Origin: Lingula anatina
Taxonomy: Eukaryota; Animalia; Brachiopoda
DNA length: 64,000 bases
NCBI GenBank assembly: GCA_051362555.1
Contig: CM120644.1
Coordinates: 9,556,954-9,620,953, forward strand
Direction of reading: 5' to 3'
The position numbers and the translations under genes are program-made. The first letter of the stretch is position 1; every line of letters starts with the position of its first letter. The notes beneath the pieces were generated by a model. That model did no database searches. It saw only the letters and a list, made by a program, of their open reading frames with translations, and was not told the origin of the DNA. Positions 1 to 13,100 of this stretch are shown here, in pieces.

Positions 1-325
1 CAAACTAAGGGAGTAATGTATTAGTTTGAAACATTTATTTAATAGAGTAACCTATTGATTTACTATATGGTGATCAGTTTGATTTGGTGTGGCACTTTTC
101 AAAAAGCAATACTTTTCCTTCATGATCAAAGAAGTTCATATAAGCAGTTTGAAGTAAACCTATCTGTATTTTCATTGAAATAACAAAGCGGGGGTTAAAA
201 GATGATAATGGTACATGTAGACCCCTCCCACCCAAAAAAAAAATAAAAAAAAAAAATCAGGAAATAAACTTGCTGAAAAACAGAGTTTTACAACGTTTAA
301 CTTAAAATTTACATCTTTTACTTAC

Positions 326-718
326 TCTGTTACATAAGCAACACAGTAGGCCTACAGTAACCAACACTGCAACGAACACAGCAACAGAGCAGGTAAAGCC
401 ATTCATCGCAGTACATATACCTTTGGTACCGGCAGTTGTGGGCATGGTCGCGGTAGAAGTAACCGTTCTCTGGGAGGCGATACCCATGTTGTTGTTGTTG
501 TTGGCCATGTCCGGCTTGTTTATGCTGGAAATTGGCGCAGATCTTGAAGCAGTTGGGGCGGGCTCAGTGGCGTTGCCGCTGCTAGGTCTCTGGGAGACCG
601 ATCCATTTCCAGTAGAGAACACTGAGATACTCGTGTAATTGGTATAAGAGGAAGGGACGTGAGGTGTTAAAACTATCAGTATGGCGGAAACAGTGCACAA
701 AACAACGCATGTATCCAT
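326..718 (-). CDS. First coding exon of a tandem paralog of the 20988-7024 gene (signal peptide, Ser/Thr/Asn-rich stalk, TM helix); continues off the left edge
   Basis: Acceptor ttctttcag-type AG at 734-733; ATG at 718; MDTCVVLCTVSAILIVLTP..GNGSVSQRPSSGNATE..NNNNMG aligns with MDMCGVLCSITAILVVITP..GNGSVSQKHSSGNITE..NNNNIG; TM VAVFVAVLVTVGLLCCLC; consensus phase-0 donor AGA|GTAAGT at 326/325. Confidence 0.8.
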
Positions 719-1531
719 TGGCTGAGAGCGATCTGAAAGATTAAAACAAAATGCACACATGTGTGAGGAAATTTACCACGGTTGCCTTTTGCAAAACTAA
801 TGGGCATGATTTTGGTTTTAATTAGTTTCAGGAGGGTGGTTTTGATAAATTTCATCATACTGTATAAACCTGCTATTGTAGGACAGAATGCCATCAAAGA
901 TAATAGTTAAGTTAGCCATTGATATACAAATTAAAATGTACACATAACGGGAATTAGACTGTTATTTGGGTTAAATATTAAAAGTATAAAATTGCGTCAT
1001 GTCGATATTACAGGTAGATTGCTGATACACGGTAGTTGTACTACCGATGATGACCTACATTATGTCTTACCTACATTAGGTCTAATTCAAGGTTAAGAGT
1101 TTGATCTGAATGCGTGGACTATCGTCTGGACCAGTGGCGGATTTAGAGGGGTCAATTTCACCTTCGATTTCTGGTCCTCTCTTGAAATTAAAATGTTCAC
1201 TAGCTGAATCATAGTTACCATCATTCTCTGAAACTCGACTGTGCGATTTAAACAAACACTTATTTCCCAAAACGAATGAGGTCACCTGATTTAGTGTCCT
1301 TGCTGATGTTGTACGTATCATGTGCTACACATTTCTGTTCACCTTGACGTTAAGATTATTTTTTATCTGGTTTGTCAGGATAATATGACTATACCTTACA
1401 CATGAAGGTTTGATTCTTCCAGCCTGATATCAAAATGGACGCGTACCACTCGGTTTCACATCAAATGAAGTGCGTCGGTTGAAAACTCATGATGACAGAT
1501 TCACCCCGAATAACTTCCTAGCCGCTGCTTA

Positions 1532-1754
1532 TACCCCCTTTACACTGGACGGCGTCCTTTCTGCGTCCTCTCTGCGACCATGAAATTTGGCAACGCTGTG
1601 GTCTTAATAAGGAGGCACGAGCATGGATTTTGTATCAGAATGAATGCTCAATGAACAGCAAGTTGTCGGCACGTAAAGTATTATAATTTTTTAACTCTCA
1701 AATGGGGCCGGACTGCTGGACGCAGAGAGGACGCCGTCCAGTGTAAAGGGGGCT
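1532..1754. mobile_element. PIF/Harbinger-like MITE
   Basis: TIRs ccccctttacactggacggcgtcct / aggacgccgtccagtgtaaaggggg; TTA on both flanks (1529-1531, 1755-1757). Confidence 0.8.
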
Positions 1755-2169
1755 TTACCTTGTCATCTTTGTTTACCTCAATGATTTAAAAGCCGGAAAA
1801 GGAAGCCAAGGCGCTGCAATCTAGCTTAACAGGATTACTTTGTTTACGTCGACCTACATAGCTGACAAAAACAGATAAAAAATAGATAAAAGGAGCCCCG
1901 GCCTCAACTACAGTGGAATGTTTCTTATCATTTTTAGTGCAGATTAATTTTGTTTGGCTTTATTAATAAAAAAATATGTCATTGAGTTATAAAAATATCC
2001 AGTCAGATGTCATCCAAAGAAAGAACACCCTCGGAAAACCATATCAACAGTTTGTTGACAGTATGAAGTTTAAGCTAAGATATTGTAGAAAATGACAGCC
2101 TCCGGACAGTGATATGCTACAGATACAAAGAGCTCATTACTGTTAATCATGGAAAGTATTTAAATTCGG

Positions 2170-2520
2170 ACATGACCGCTTGCAGCGCCCTTATCCTTCG
2201 TTGCATTCCCTCTGACAAGTTTCTCAGAGTATGGGTGGGGATATCATTCCACGCATTGATAATTGAGTGTCAGACTTCATCACTATTTACCGGCTGGTTG
2301 TCATTGCTATTAAATATGCGTGTGATTTCCGCCCACATTATTTACAATGGGTTCAAGGGAGTTTGCAAGCCAGGTCAGTTGCTGGACCCCCTTGGTTATG
2401 AAGAAAAGCAGTGCCTCTGTGAGCTCAGGGATGCATTGTCCTCTTGGTATACGTCTGTCCCTTGCTCATGCAAAGGGAAACATTGTTTGCTGAAGGAATT
2501 TTCTTGCTCAAATGAACCAC
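2170..2520 (-). mobile_element. Degenerate Tc1/mariner transposase C-terminal remnant
   Basis: Minus-strand translation gives EDNAS (QDNAP-like), WLANSLEPIVN (WPxxSPDLNPIEN-like) and IINAWNDIPTHTLRNLSEGMQRRIRAL; TIRs not resolved. Confidence 0.6.
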
Positions 2521-2974
2521 TAATGAATCACTAATCAATGTGTTATTATTACTGTTATATGTAGCAATATTTACCTCTTTAGTTCAAGACACAGCAGCTT
2601 TTTGGGTTCACATTTGAAAATCAAAACGTTCACTGATGAAAATGACAACAAAAGATTTTCTGTTGTAGATGGTGTTTAAAGATTGTAGTCTTCGTCTGCT
2701 CAGTCATGCTATAGAATCGTAAAGTGTATTGTATAAATACTCAAGAAAACACAGATAATATAGATCAAATGTACATTTATTACTGCTAAATATACAGTGT
2801 ACAATAACCTAAAAGCACACGATGTTTTAACATTTAATGAAACTTAGCAAAATCTCTGTCTATTTCGGATAAATAAACATCACATCTAAAGCGTTAACTG
2901 CTCTGCCTTATTTGAACTGACTTTAAGTAATATAATAACTAGGGAATTCTTATCAGATATAAACATCACGGGTA

Positions 2975-3920
2975 CAGGCCTAACCAACTACCAGACTCGG
3001 CACCTACGGATCCAGAATAAACCGGTTTATCAGACCACACTACCCGTTTTCAAGGTGTGTGTCAGATCGCATTGCAGAGTATCATACCCCATCACAAATT
3101 TTGTAAGCCTACCTGTCATCCGGGTATCGCGCCTCGTTTTCATCAAGTAGGAGTCGTATAAATACAACAACATGGCGACAGACGACTCCCTCAGTCAGGG
3201 GGTGGAAACGCGCTACTTACATGATGAAGACGAGCCTAGCCGTCAGTGCCGGTTATTGTTTTGTGACCTTGAGGAGCAATTAGGTTTGGTCGTTGCGGCA
3301 CGCATGAACAGTAGTTGAACTACCACACCTGGGTCTTTTGATTTTGACAACTGTTCACTCGTCATCGAGGCGCTTGTTCAAGACTACAGGCTGATATCTA
3401 CTAGTACTACCAGTGGCTTCATTAGTAACGTTCCCACAATACTTAGTTTTTTGTCTGTGCGTACATACCCTGAAAAAGGCCAGCCTCGCTGACGAGAACA
3501 ATGGACGTTTCTCACCCCTCTCTAGGATTACCCCTGCCCTCATTCTCGTCCATCCCGTACTCAGAATATGCTTCCGCTATCAAAATTAGTTCTACTTTTC
3601 TAAATTAATATATAAGTTTGCAAGTTCTTATTTACAAAACATCATTGGTCCGAACCTAAATTTTATGTTAAAAATTGCGGTATTGTCAGATTTTAGCATA
3701 AACAGGGAAAATTGCAGCAGCGCATGAATCTAGATGAGATGCACTACTTTCCAACCCCGCTTAGGATCATTGCTATCACATCGCGCTCCAGGCAAAATCG
3801 GTGTGGTGGCTGATACTCTGTAATGCGATCTGACACACACCTTGAAAACGGGTAGTGTGGTCTGATAAACCGGTTTATTCTGGATCCGTAGGTGCCGAGT
3901 CTGGTAGTTGCGTAGGCCTG
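2975..3920. mobile_element. Non-autonomous TIR DNA transposon (CAGGCC termini), long copy
   Basis: ~110-bp near-perfect TIRs caggccta..ccagactcggcacctacggatccagaat / reverse complement ending gtaggcctg; flanked by GGGTA on both sides. Confidence 0.85.
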
Positions 3921-5819
3921 GGGTAGAGTAATGTAATTAGCTTTTTCGTTGAGTATGTGGGATGCTTTGCTCTGCTAACATGCCTGTGCACACTAACCCT
4001 AATGAATTCTAACAAAAACAGTTTTGTATCCTTGATCTAAACCGGCTTTAATAACATAACGCAGCAATAAAAGAATAAAACAAACACAAGCACGATGTTC
4101 CAAATTCGACTGATGACGGCATCATTTATTGAATGTCCCTCTGATAAACGAAGTCAAGTACCTGTAGTTTAGTGGTAAACATTGAATAATGTTGAGTAAT
4201 GATTTTTACGTAATGTTTACTCTTGGAAAAATCTATATTTAATATGCAATTTCCAGACAAATAGTGTGCAGACTTTAATATGTGGGGACGAAACTTGGTA
4301 AACTATCTAGCACTTATATAGGAAGCCTGGTAAAACATGCAGCATTAAAATCGAGATCTCAAGTTGAGTTGTAAGAATCAGACCATCGCCATGAATCAAC
4401 GTTTGACTACGCCAAACTGATTTATGGGCGATTTGTGTTTTACAAAGTGATTTTTGAAATGCACGACTTTTTAATTTCTCAAGAAATTAAATAATCTTAC
4501 TCATTTTTCAAACAAAATGTGACCTTACTAAGTTGTTATAAACATCATCTCACATAAAACCTTTTACTATATGACCAATAAATTTGATTTAATAGCAGTA
4601 AAATAGAAAATAAAATCATCAGCAGCAAGTTAATGTAAATCTCGTAAATGTAGATGCAAATATCTCCGACGAAAACCAAATTTGTTTGAGAAACTAGTAA
4701 TTAAGATATATGTGAGCCCCGACTAGTCCATTATAGCATTCAATTAAGCCAAAAATCCATCAGAAAAATATTTTACATTGGAAGGATCGTTTAATCATGA
4801 ACTTTAATGAAGCAAGATTTCTAAAACTTAAAATTAAGAGAATTAATTGTATTTATGTAGCAAATGGTTTGTTTTAGTGGTGCTATTAACTTTTTGGTAA
4901 TACATCAAGGTTTTGTTTGGGTCTTGTGTCTGCACATTTTGACCTTAAGTAGTTGACCAAGACAAGGTGATAACAGATGTCCAGGGTTAAGGAATGTCTT
5001 AGCTGCTGTGTATCAAGGCACACACAAGTATTTCTATGAAAGATGTTTTGGAGATTAATTCCATCGAGCTGCATTCAGTGAGAAGTCATTCAGCTTTGTA
5101 GCTGCGGATATATTTACCCGCAGTTTTAGCAGCTACACTGTATTATTACTTACGTTTCTTTATTGTTATTTGTACACCCTCCACCCTCCCCTACCACCTG
5201 CCTTCATCCTTGTGGTGTTTTTAACACTTAGACTTATTTACTTTCAAGCGGCACCTGTGTGACATAATTAAGGGGGCACCTAATTGGGCAGTGCCACTTT
5301 GCCTCTGGAAGGCCTGCTAATCAGAGGCATAAGAGTTCAGTTATTCAGGAGACAGTGAATGCTCTCCCTCACTTTTCTCGTAAAATTCACAACATTAAGA
5401 AGTGCATTATTCAGGAGTAAAATTTTTAAGGAGATGTTTGGTAAACTTATTCAAACTCCCCCCACCCCCCAATATTTTTTTTTTCTCTTTTCATGACTAA
5501 TGAAGCAGATTTGAGCATTGGCTCAATGCAACATGGTTGTATTTATGCTTGTTAGCTATAACTCATTTGGCACATTAATTAGTCATTTCAGATTATCTGG
5601 ATATCATTTGTTTATTGATATATATCATACATGTGAGATTATTACTTTAAAACTATAGTTAGGTAAATGTACTATGCAGGGCATATGTGGCAGTACGTAG
5701 GCCAAGAGAGACAACTCTATGGTTGGGCTGTCAGAGCAATGAGGAAACCTACGTCCCCGTCCTAAAAAGGTAGGGGTTGCGTAGCTCGCTCTCAGCCTAG
5801 GCCGGCTTTAGAATGTGCC

Positions 5820-6235
5820 TTTTGCCTTTTATTTTCATTTGCGCCAACCATTTGCGCCAACTTTTTGCTCCTATAGCTGTTGTGATTTCTCATATTTTTC
5901 ATAAGCCTTTTATTTTCATTTGCGCCAACTTTTTGCTCCTATAGCTGTTGTGTTTTCTCATATTTTTCATAATTAATCCTGGTTACATTTCATTAACTTA
6001 CTTTATTATTTTTATATTTAGCACTTATATAGTTTGGGGGATGTTTATTATCTCCCCAGTTCTGTAACAAAGGCCTTTTATTTTCATTTGCGCCAACTTT
6101 TTGCTCCTATAGCTGTTGTGATTTCTCATATTTTTCATAATTAATCCTGGTTACATTTCATTAACTTACTTTATTATTTTTATATTTAGCACTTATATAG
6201 TTTGGGGGATGTTTATTATCTCCCCAGTTTTGTAA
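5820..6235. repeat. Local tandem duplications (~80-bp and ~168-bp units)
   Basis: gccttttattttcatttgcgccaactttttgctcctatagctgttgtg recurs at ~5823, 5905, 6072; downstream block taatcctggttacatt..ctccccagtt duplicated. Confidence 0.85.
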
Positions 6236-6664
6236 CTTTGTATCTTTTTAGTTTTCGTCATTAATAAATGACAATTTCAGTCATATGGACTTATCTTACT
6301 TAATTTGGAGCAAAAACAGAGCTTCGTTGTGCTTGTGAACATTTGGCTACATAAATATATTTTGCAGACAACAGCATGCCGCAATGCTACATGCGCACTA
6401 ACCATTAAGAATTAACCATTAACCATTTTAGGTTTAATCAATTCAAACACACATGTATCAAACGTACATGTATATAGAGGCAAAACCGCATGTAAATTGT
6501 ATACATAGTACTTATTACTTTTGATAAAATCTGGATTAAAAATACGTTCATGTTGACGTTAATCATTTTGATAAAAGAAGATACATGTAATACAAAGTGA
6601 AAAATGAATGTTGTAATCAATGTTTCATTCACAATAACCCTTTTGTTGATTTTCGAACTATAAA

Positions 6665-6667
<3 letters not shown>

Positions 6668-6711
<44 letters not shown>
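6668..6711. repeat. (TA)n microsatellite
   Basis: Direct reading. Confidence 0.95.
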
Positions 6712-6713
<2 letters not shown>

Positions 6714-7023
6714 TAAATATATTGTATATAATTGTGTCCGATCTACTGTAGAAGCTACAAACATACAGCTGTGACCCGTAATCCTCTGCCCGTCAGCAAT
6801 CTACGTGTGGCTGAATATAATAACTTTGCAGAAATTACTATAATTCAATTTCCAGTGTAAAACCAATTTTTTTTCCAAAATTTAACAAGGGCGAAATCTT
6901 AACCTTGAGTCTCTTAGAGGTCAATCTTGAATAACAGATTTAAACAACTTGGCTATTGAAACCTCATATTGAGTCGCTTATTTACGACTTACATTACATT
7001 ATGACATCCTGATTTAATTAGCA

Positions 7024-7189
7024 TTATGCTGGAAAGAATTCCTTTAGTGATCCCCTAACCGTCCAGTCATCAGAAGACGACCGGGTGTCTCTCACAGTTT
7101 TGTAAACCTCAAGGAACAGCTCGTCAAAAGGCAGCTTCGCGGTGAAGTATGTCATGGGATTACCCACAGCGGCTTGTGTGGCGGGCGGT
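7024..7189 (-). CDS. Exon 10: KEN C-terminus and stop
   Basis: tctctag|A CCG; PPATQAAVGNPMTYFTAKLPFDELFLEVYKTVRD..LKEFFPA* vs RNase L [20 protein letters not shown]. Confidence 0.88.
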
Positions 7190-10100
7190 CTAGAGAAAAT
7201 ATCCATGTTTTCTTTAAAAGACATATTTACAAAGATACGGCATAACAATTGGACATTTCCTGGACTAAAAAGACAAATGGACAAAAGGGTAATTATATTG
7301 AAACATGCAGTTCTCATTTTTGTAGATTTACATTTTAAAATCTGGTCTGGATATTTGAATAAAACTTAATCTTTTAAGAAAAAAAGCTAGTAAAATTTTA
7401 TTTGATAAATATTTTCTGAATTAGATATTATTATGCTGCAAGTCATATCGAATTCTGTCTCTTCAATAACTCTGATATGTTACTATAAACATATTAGTTG
7501 GATTAATCGTGCTTCTACCCAAACTTTGAACATAAAGTTATTCCCCTAAGATGTCCGTTATGCTGAGCTAAAACCACCTCCTTCATAAATTTCCCAAACA
7601 TGTTTGAGTATATTTAGTGCTAAACACTGAAAGTGATGTTAATATTTGCAAAAATAAGAATATATCATTCTTACTGATCTTTGAGATGGACGTCCACATT
7701 TCGAAGGAATCGAAGAAGTCCGCATATGGTAGACCTGTAGCCATTTCTGATTGGTTTTGCAATTTTGTCATACACAGCTTGATCGAGCAAGTCCTTCTGT
7801 AAAACATTAATTGATAAAACTTGGTATATTTATCTTTGTTAGTACAATACACAAATGGTGCGATAGATTTCCCATTGGCCTTTGTATTGTGATGGTAAAA
7901 TAATCAATCGTTTTGGAATTGACGAAACGTGATGCGTCATAAAAAAACTATTTATTTGCTTTACATCATTATTGACGACTAACTAATTTTTGTTTCACAG
8001 CTTAGATATACACCTAACGCAGCATTACAGACGGTTGACGTCACACTGAAATTGTTCTTTATAAAATTATTTCATTGAAATAAAATGCTATATAAAAATT
8101 GTGGAAAATGAGATGACTCTTCTTTTGACGGGGACACTTTTCCATGTCTGCACGTCCACGTTACTGGGTAACAGCAATGAGGGATGGGCATCAAAATTTC
8201 AACATGGCGCCAATCTTGTGAGAACGTTTTCGCTTAGAATATTTTGAGAGATTTTTGTTACCCAGCATCTTAAACGTGCAGTTGTGCATCCAGACTCTTG
8301 TACAATGCTGTGGGAATTCCCTTAACGAAAATACATTAAATTGGGATATCACGTGGCGCATGGCTTCGGTGTAGACGTACCTCAGATCTGCTCTGCAATT
8401 TTTATATCTTTGGCTTATCTTTTTGGACGTTGGTCGCGGTGAAAAGGACACTAGTGTGAGTGTGAACTACAAGTGCCAAATGCAGTAGTATCGAAGTAGC
8501 AAAAAAAGCATTAACGCAGTAGTGGTGTGGAGTGGTTTCAGAAAAAAAAAACCAAAAGGACATTTGAGGATTTTCTGTTCAAATCGACCTTCTGTTTGTT
8601 AGGTAAGGCCAAGTGAGTACTCCTCATCTACCTATAATTACGCTAAACAAAAGTAGCCATGGCCAGTAAGTGCGTCACGAGTGATGGTCAAGACGAACAA
8701 AAGACCATGGATGTTGACACACAAAGAAAACTGGTGCAACTAAATATTGACTCTATTACTTCTGTGACAAAACCATCTGATGAAACTGGATGAAAACCAC
8801 CCTAAAAGAGGAAAAGAACCAACAGTGTGGAGTCGACAGAGAACCCAACTGCAGATGAACTCCATACAATACAGAATACATTGGCAGAAATCAAAAATGA
8901 GATGATACGTAAATCTGACGTTATGTCACAGCTTAAGCTCGAAATAAAACAGAAACTAAAAGATGGATTTAAGAAAGAGTTGGAGCAAGATCTCAGGGCC
9001 ATCTGATCTCAGGGCCATCAGATCTCTGAAACTGAAAAAGTTGACGCACTTTGCCTAGAGACAGAATCAATGCGTGAAGAACTAACTAAACAGGCCTCTG
9101 AAATCAGAAAGTAAACCGAGAAGCTGGAGGAAAATAGCCGCCAGACAAGAGCCGCCATACATATGGCGAATCATAATCAGCAATACTCACAAAAGAACAA
9201 TATAAAATTTCTAAACTGGACAGAAGGAAAACCTGAGAGCTGACCTCTGCAAAATTTTCAAGGAGAAGGTCAATGTAGATATTAACCCATCATCAATTTT
9301 AGCTATTCTTCGGATCCCAAGCACTGCCTGCGAACCCCGGCCCGTTATTGCGAAATTTGTGAATACGGAATCGAACATAGCTGTCATCAAACACAGGCAA
9401 GCTCTAAAAAAACATTTCCTTATGTACGATCACATTACTCGCTGTAATGCAGAGCTAATTAGATCACTAAAAGAGAGAGAGAGTCTGTGCATTCCGCATG
9501 GTATTTCTACGGAAGGGTTTTTGCAGTGGATATCAAAGGGCGCCGACAGAGATTCGACCAGTTCGATAACATTGACAACAAGCTGAGATGACAATTTAAC
9601 GTGTTAGCTTAACAAAGAGCAGGGACTGTAGCGTGAACTGTATGTAGTTAGTTTCTCAACGATAGTTAATACGTGTACATGTGCATGTTGTTTCTCAATG
9701 CATTGGTGTGGTAGTCTTTTGGCAGTGAGTGTGTGGTTGAGTGTGTGGATGTTGATAATTAGCTGGTTGGTTATGCAATGCCACAATGTATTCCCTCATA
9801 GTGTAATTTTAAGCGTCTTTACACATGGGTCACATTATGCTAGACCCTGGTATATCACTGTAGAATGTAGTTTTATATTTCTATTTATATTACCAACATA
9901 TGTATTTATACACTTCTCTTCACTTTTAGAGCCGTATGAAGGACATGATAAACCCGATAAAGATAGTCTCCTGTAATTGCCAAGGCCTGGGCACCCCGGA
10001 GAAAAGAAGAGATATCTAATTTTTTTATAGAACTAAAAATTACCATATTCTGTGTTTGCAACACACACATTTAAGCACAGAAGATGAGAAACGAGTAGTT

Positions 10101-13100
10101 TTAGAATGGGGCTACAAGGGTTACTTTAACTCATTTTCTACAAATGCCCGTGGGGTGGCCTTTCTAATATAGATAACTTCGATTTTGAATTTTTTAAAGA
10201 ACAAAAAAACAAAAAAAAAAAAAAAAAAAAAAAAACAAAAAACAAATGGTGACAGTCTCTTAGCGTTGGTATAAACAAAGTCCGATTTACTTTAATTAAC
10301 ATATATGGTCCTTATATAGACAGCCCAGATTTCTACGAACAAATAAGAAACTATTGTCGATTTTAATAATGAAAACTTTATCACCTGTGGAGATTTTAAT
10401 CTCGTTAGACCCGGTGCTAGATTCAAGTAATTACCGTCATGTAAATAACCCCAGAGCAAGGAAAAAAGTAACTGAAATAATGAATGATCCAAAGAAATTT
10501 CATATTTATTGGTAGCAAAATAGACAGAAATCTAAAACATCAGACAGAAGAAACTAAAAGGTATCCTTTTGCGAGCAAACGCAAGGTGGGTGGAAGAAGG
10601 TGAGAAGCCGACAAAATACTTCTGTTTTCTAGAATCTAGACATTACATGAACAAAACACTACAAAATCTAGAACTGCAAGACGGCACTGTTATTTTTGAC
10701 CAAAAGGAAATAATGAAGCTAAATTATTTTATGAACACCTGTATTCCTCAAAAACATTTTGTACAAAATACTGATCTAAGAGCCCTTCTTGTCCAATTTA
10801 ATGTGCCCAAATTAAATGATACCGAAGAAGAACTGTAACAGGTAGAAATCTCCAAGACAGAACTTCTTACAGTCCTAAAGAAAATGAAGAATAACAAGTC
10901 TCCGGGCTCCGACGGATTTACAAATGAGTATTACAATTTTTTTGGTCAGACTTGAAAGAATTTATGATCAGAACGGTAAATGAAGTATTTCGTAAAGCAA
11001 GGTTACCAACTAGCCAGGAACTCGGCATTATTACTTGTATCCCGAAAGGGGACAAGAATAGAACATTTCTACAAAATTGGCGACCTAAAACATTGTGAAA
11101 TGTATTTTATAAACTAATATCCGGATGTATAGCTGAACGAATGAAAATTGTATTAGACAAACTAATTTCCCCTTCTCAATCTGGGTTTTTAGCTGGCCGC
11201 TATATAGGAGAAAACACAAGGTTGATATATGACCTAATGCACATCACAGACAAACGAAATATTCCAAGTTTGCATGTTTTGATTGATTTGGAAAAGGCTT
11301 TCGATTCGGTTGACTGGGATTTTATAATTTTAATTAAATTTTAATTTTTAATTTTAATTAAAATGTACCGGACTTATTTTATTTCGGTGACGCAATTAAA
11401 AAATGGTTTGGGATATTAAATTTTGATTGCAGCGCCGCCATTAGTCAGTGACCCCCTCTCCCTGTACATTTTTATTTTATGCTTATAAATACAACACAGA
11501 ACGATGTTCTTGAAATCACCTTTCACCCATTTTTGCCACAAGCAATAGAGTTTCTTATCAAACATAGTAAAGGCTGTAGATACTTTTATCAAACTCTCTA
11601 CAAGCCAGCTACACGGATGACAAACGAAAAAAATGGAACGGAAAGTCAAATTTTTATGTACATTAAAAAGATGTCTTTAAGAACTGTTTCGAAGAACACC
11701 AAACTGCAGTGGTTCCAATACCGCATAATACATAGGTTCCTGCCTATTAAATCACATTTAAAAATATAGGGCTTGAGAAGGATGATGTCTGTTCTCTCTG
11801 TGGCGTTGCCAGAGAAGACATTTCGCATACTTTTTCCACTGCGAGTACAGTAAGAAAATTTGGGAAGAAGTGAAAGCTAACATCTTTAACAGAACGAATA
11901 AAAACATTACCTTTGATGAAAAATGCATCCTTTTCGACTCTCAAACAAACCCAAACAGCCCAATTAATTTTGTTATTCTTTGTACGAAATTTTATATTTA
12001 CAAACGTTTCAAAAAGAAAGAATGTATGCGTCTTTCTTCACTCATAAGTTACATTAAGGATCAATTTATAATAGAAAGATTCAATGCATTAAAAAAGCTA
12101 AATTTAACAAACTGAAAAAAATGGGAAAATTGGTCAGACATGTTTGATTTTAATTAGTATCCATCTGTTTCAGCAAAATTATATATTGCACTTTTTCTTG
12201 TTTAATAATCTATTGTATATTTGGTTGAATACATTGTGGTATCGATCTTTATTATCATTATTATTTTCACACCTGTTGTTCATGAGATTATAAACGTATA
12301 TTCGTGTGTGTGTGTGAGAGCGTGTGTGTGTGTAAGAAAGAGAGTGAGTGTGCAAATAAATATGTACATTCCTGTACTGAAATTTTTCAATAAAAAAAAA
12401 GATTTTGAGATTCATGTACAATAGTCAGGATGCTTATAAAAATAATTTAATTTGACGAAATACAGGGTATATTGAATTTGACGATAACATTTGATCATAA
12501 TGCTCACTACGGTTTGGAAGAATCTTGGAAAAAAACTTGGGAATTTCACAGTACTGAGCTCATGGGACATGTGCCATTCTGATCAGTTTGTGGCAGGCAA
12601 TTATATTGGGTCGCCTAATCGACTTTCTCCCTCTCCTCTCCCTCCCTCCCAACCCTCCTGACAACCTGCAGTCGTCTTAATATAACATGCACATCAGCAA
12701 CTCCCTGATGATCGATATCAGTTATTATATTGCCGTACACATACAGTTACACTGATAATGAACAGAAATTACGTACCCAGTGTGCTACTGTGTTAAACAC
12801 GGATACCGTCAACCCATCCAGTGTCGACGTTAAGGAATGGGACTGTTGTTTCCAACTGAAATAAATTCATTGGATTAACATGAATCTTATACAAAACAAA
12901 CATCTTAATATCTTAATAAATAGAATTACTGCAATACTAAACACAACATATTATTTAACTGCTCGTATTAAGTACCGTTGGTATTGTACTTTCAATATTA
13001 TTCTTCAGCTTTTCTACCTGTTCTAAAAAATGACTATGCTGAGGACTATAACAATATAGAGCAATCTTTTAAGTTACAGACAAAGTATAAGTTCTAGGGG

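Noticed and set aside
8312-8321. Perfect kB-like site GGGAATTCCC
   Set aside because: Single 10-mer deep in intron 8 next to a LINE; plausible by chance
12978-13045. Alternative phase-2 to phase-0 exon (PQHSHFLEQVEKLKNNIESTIPT) for the KEN domain
   Set aside because: Frame-compatible but lacks the conserved KEN Trp supplied by 12855-12777; no other support
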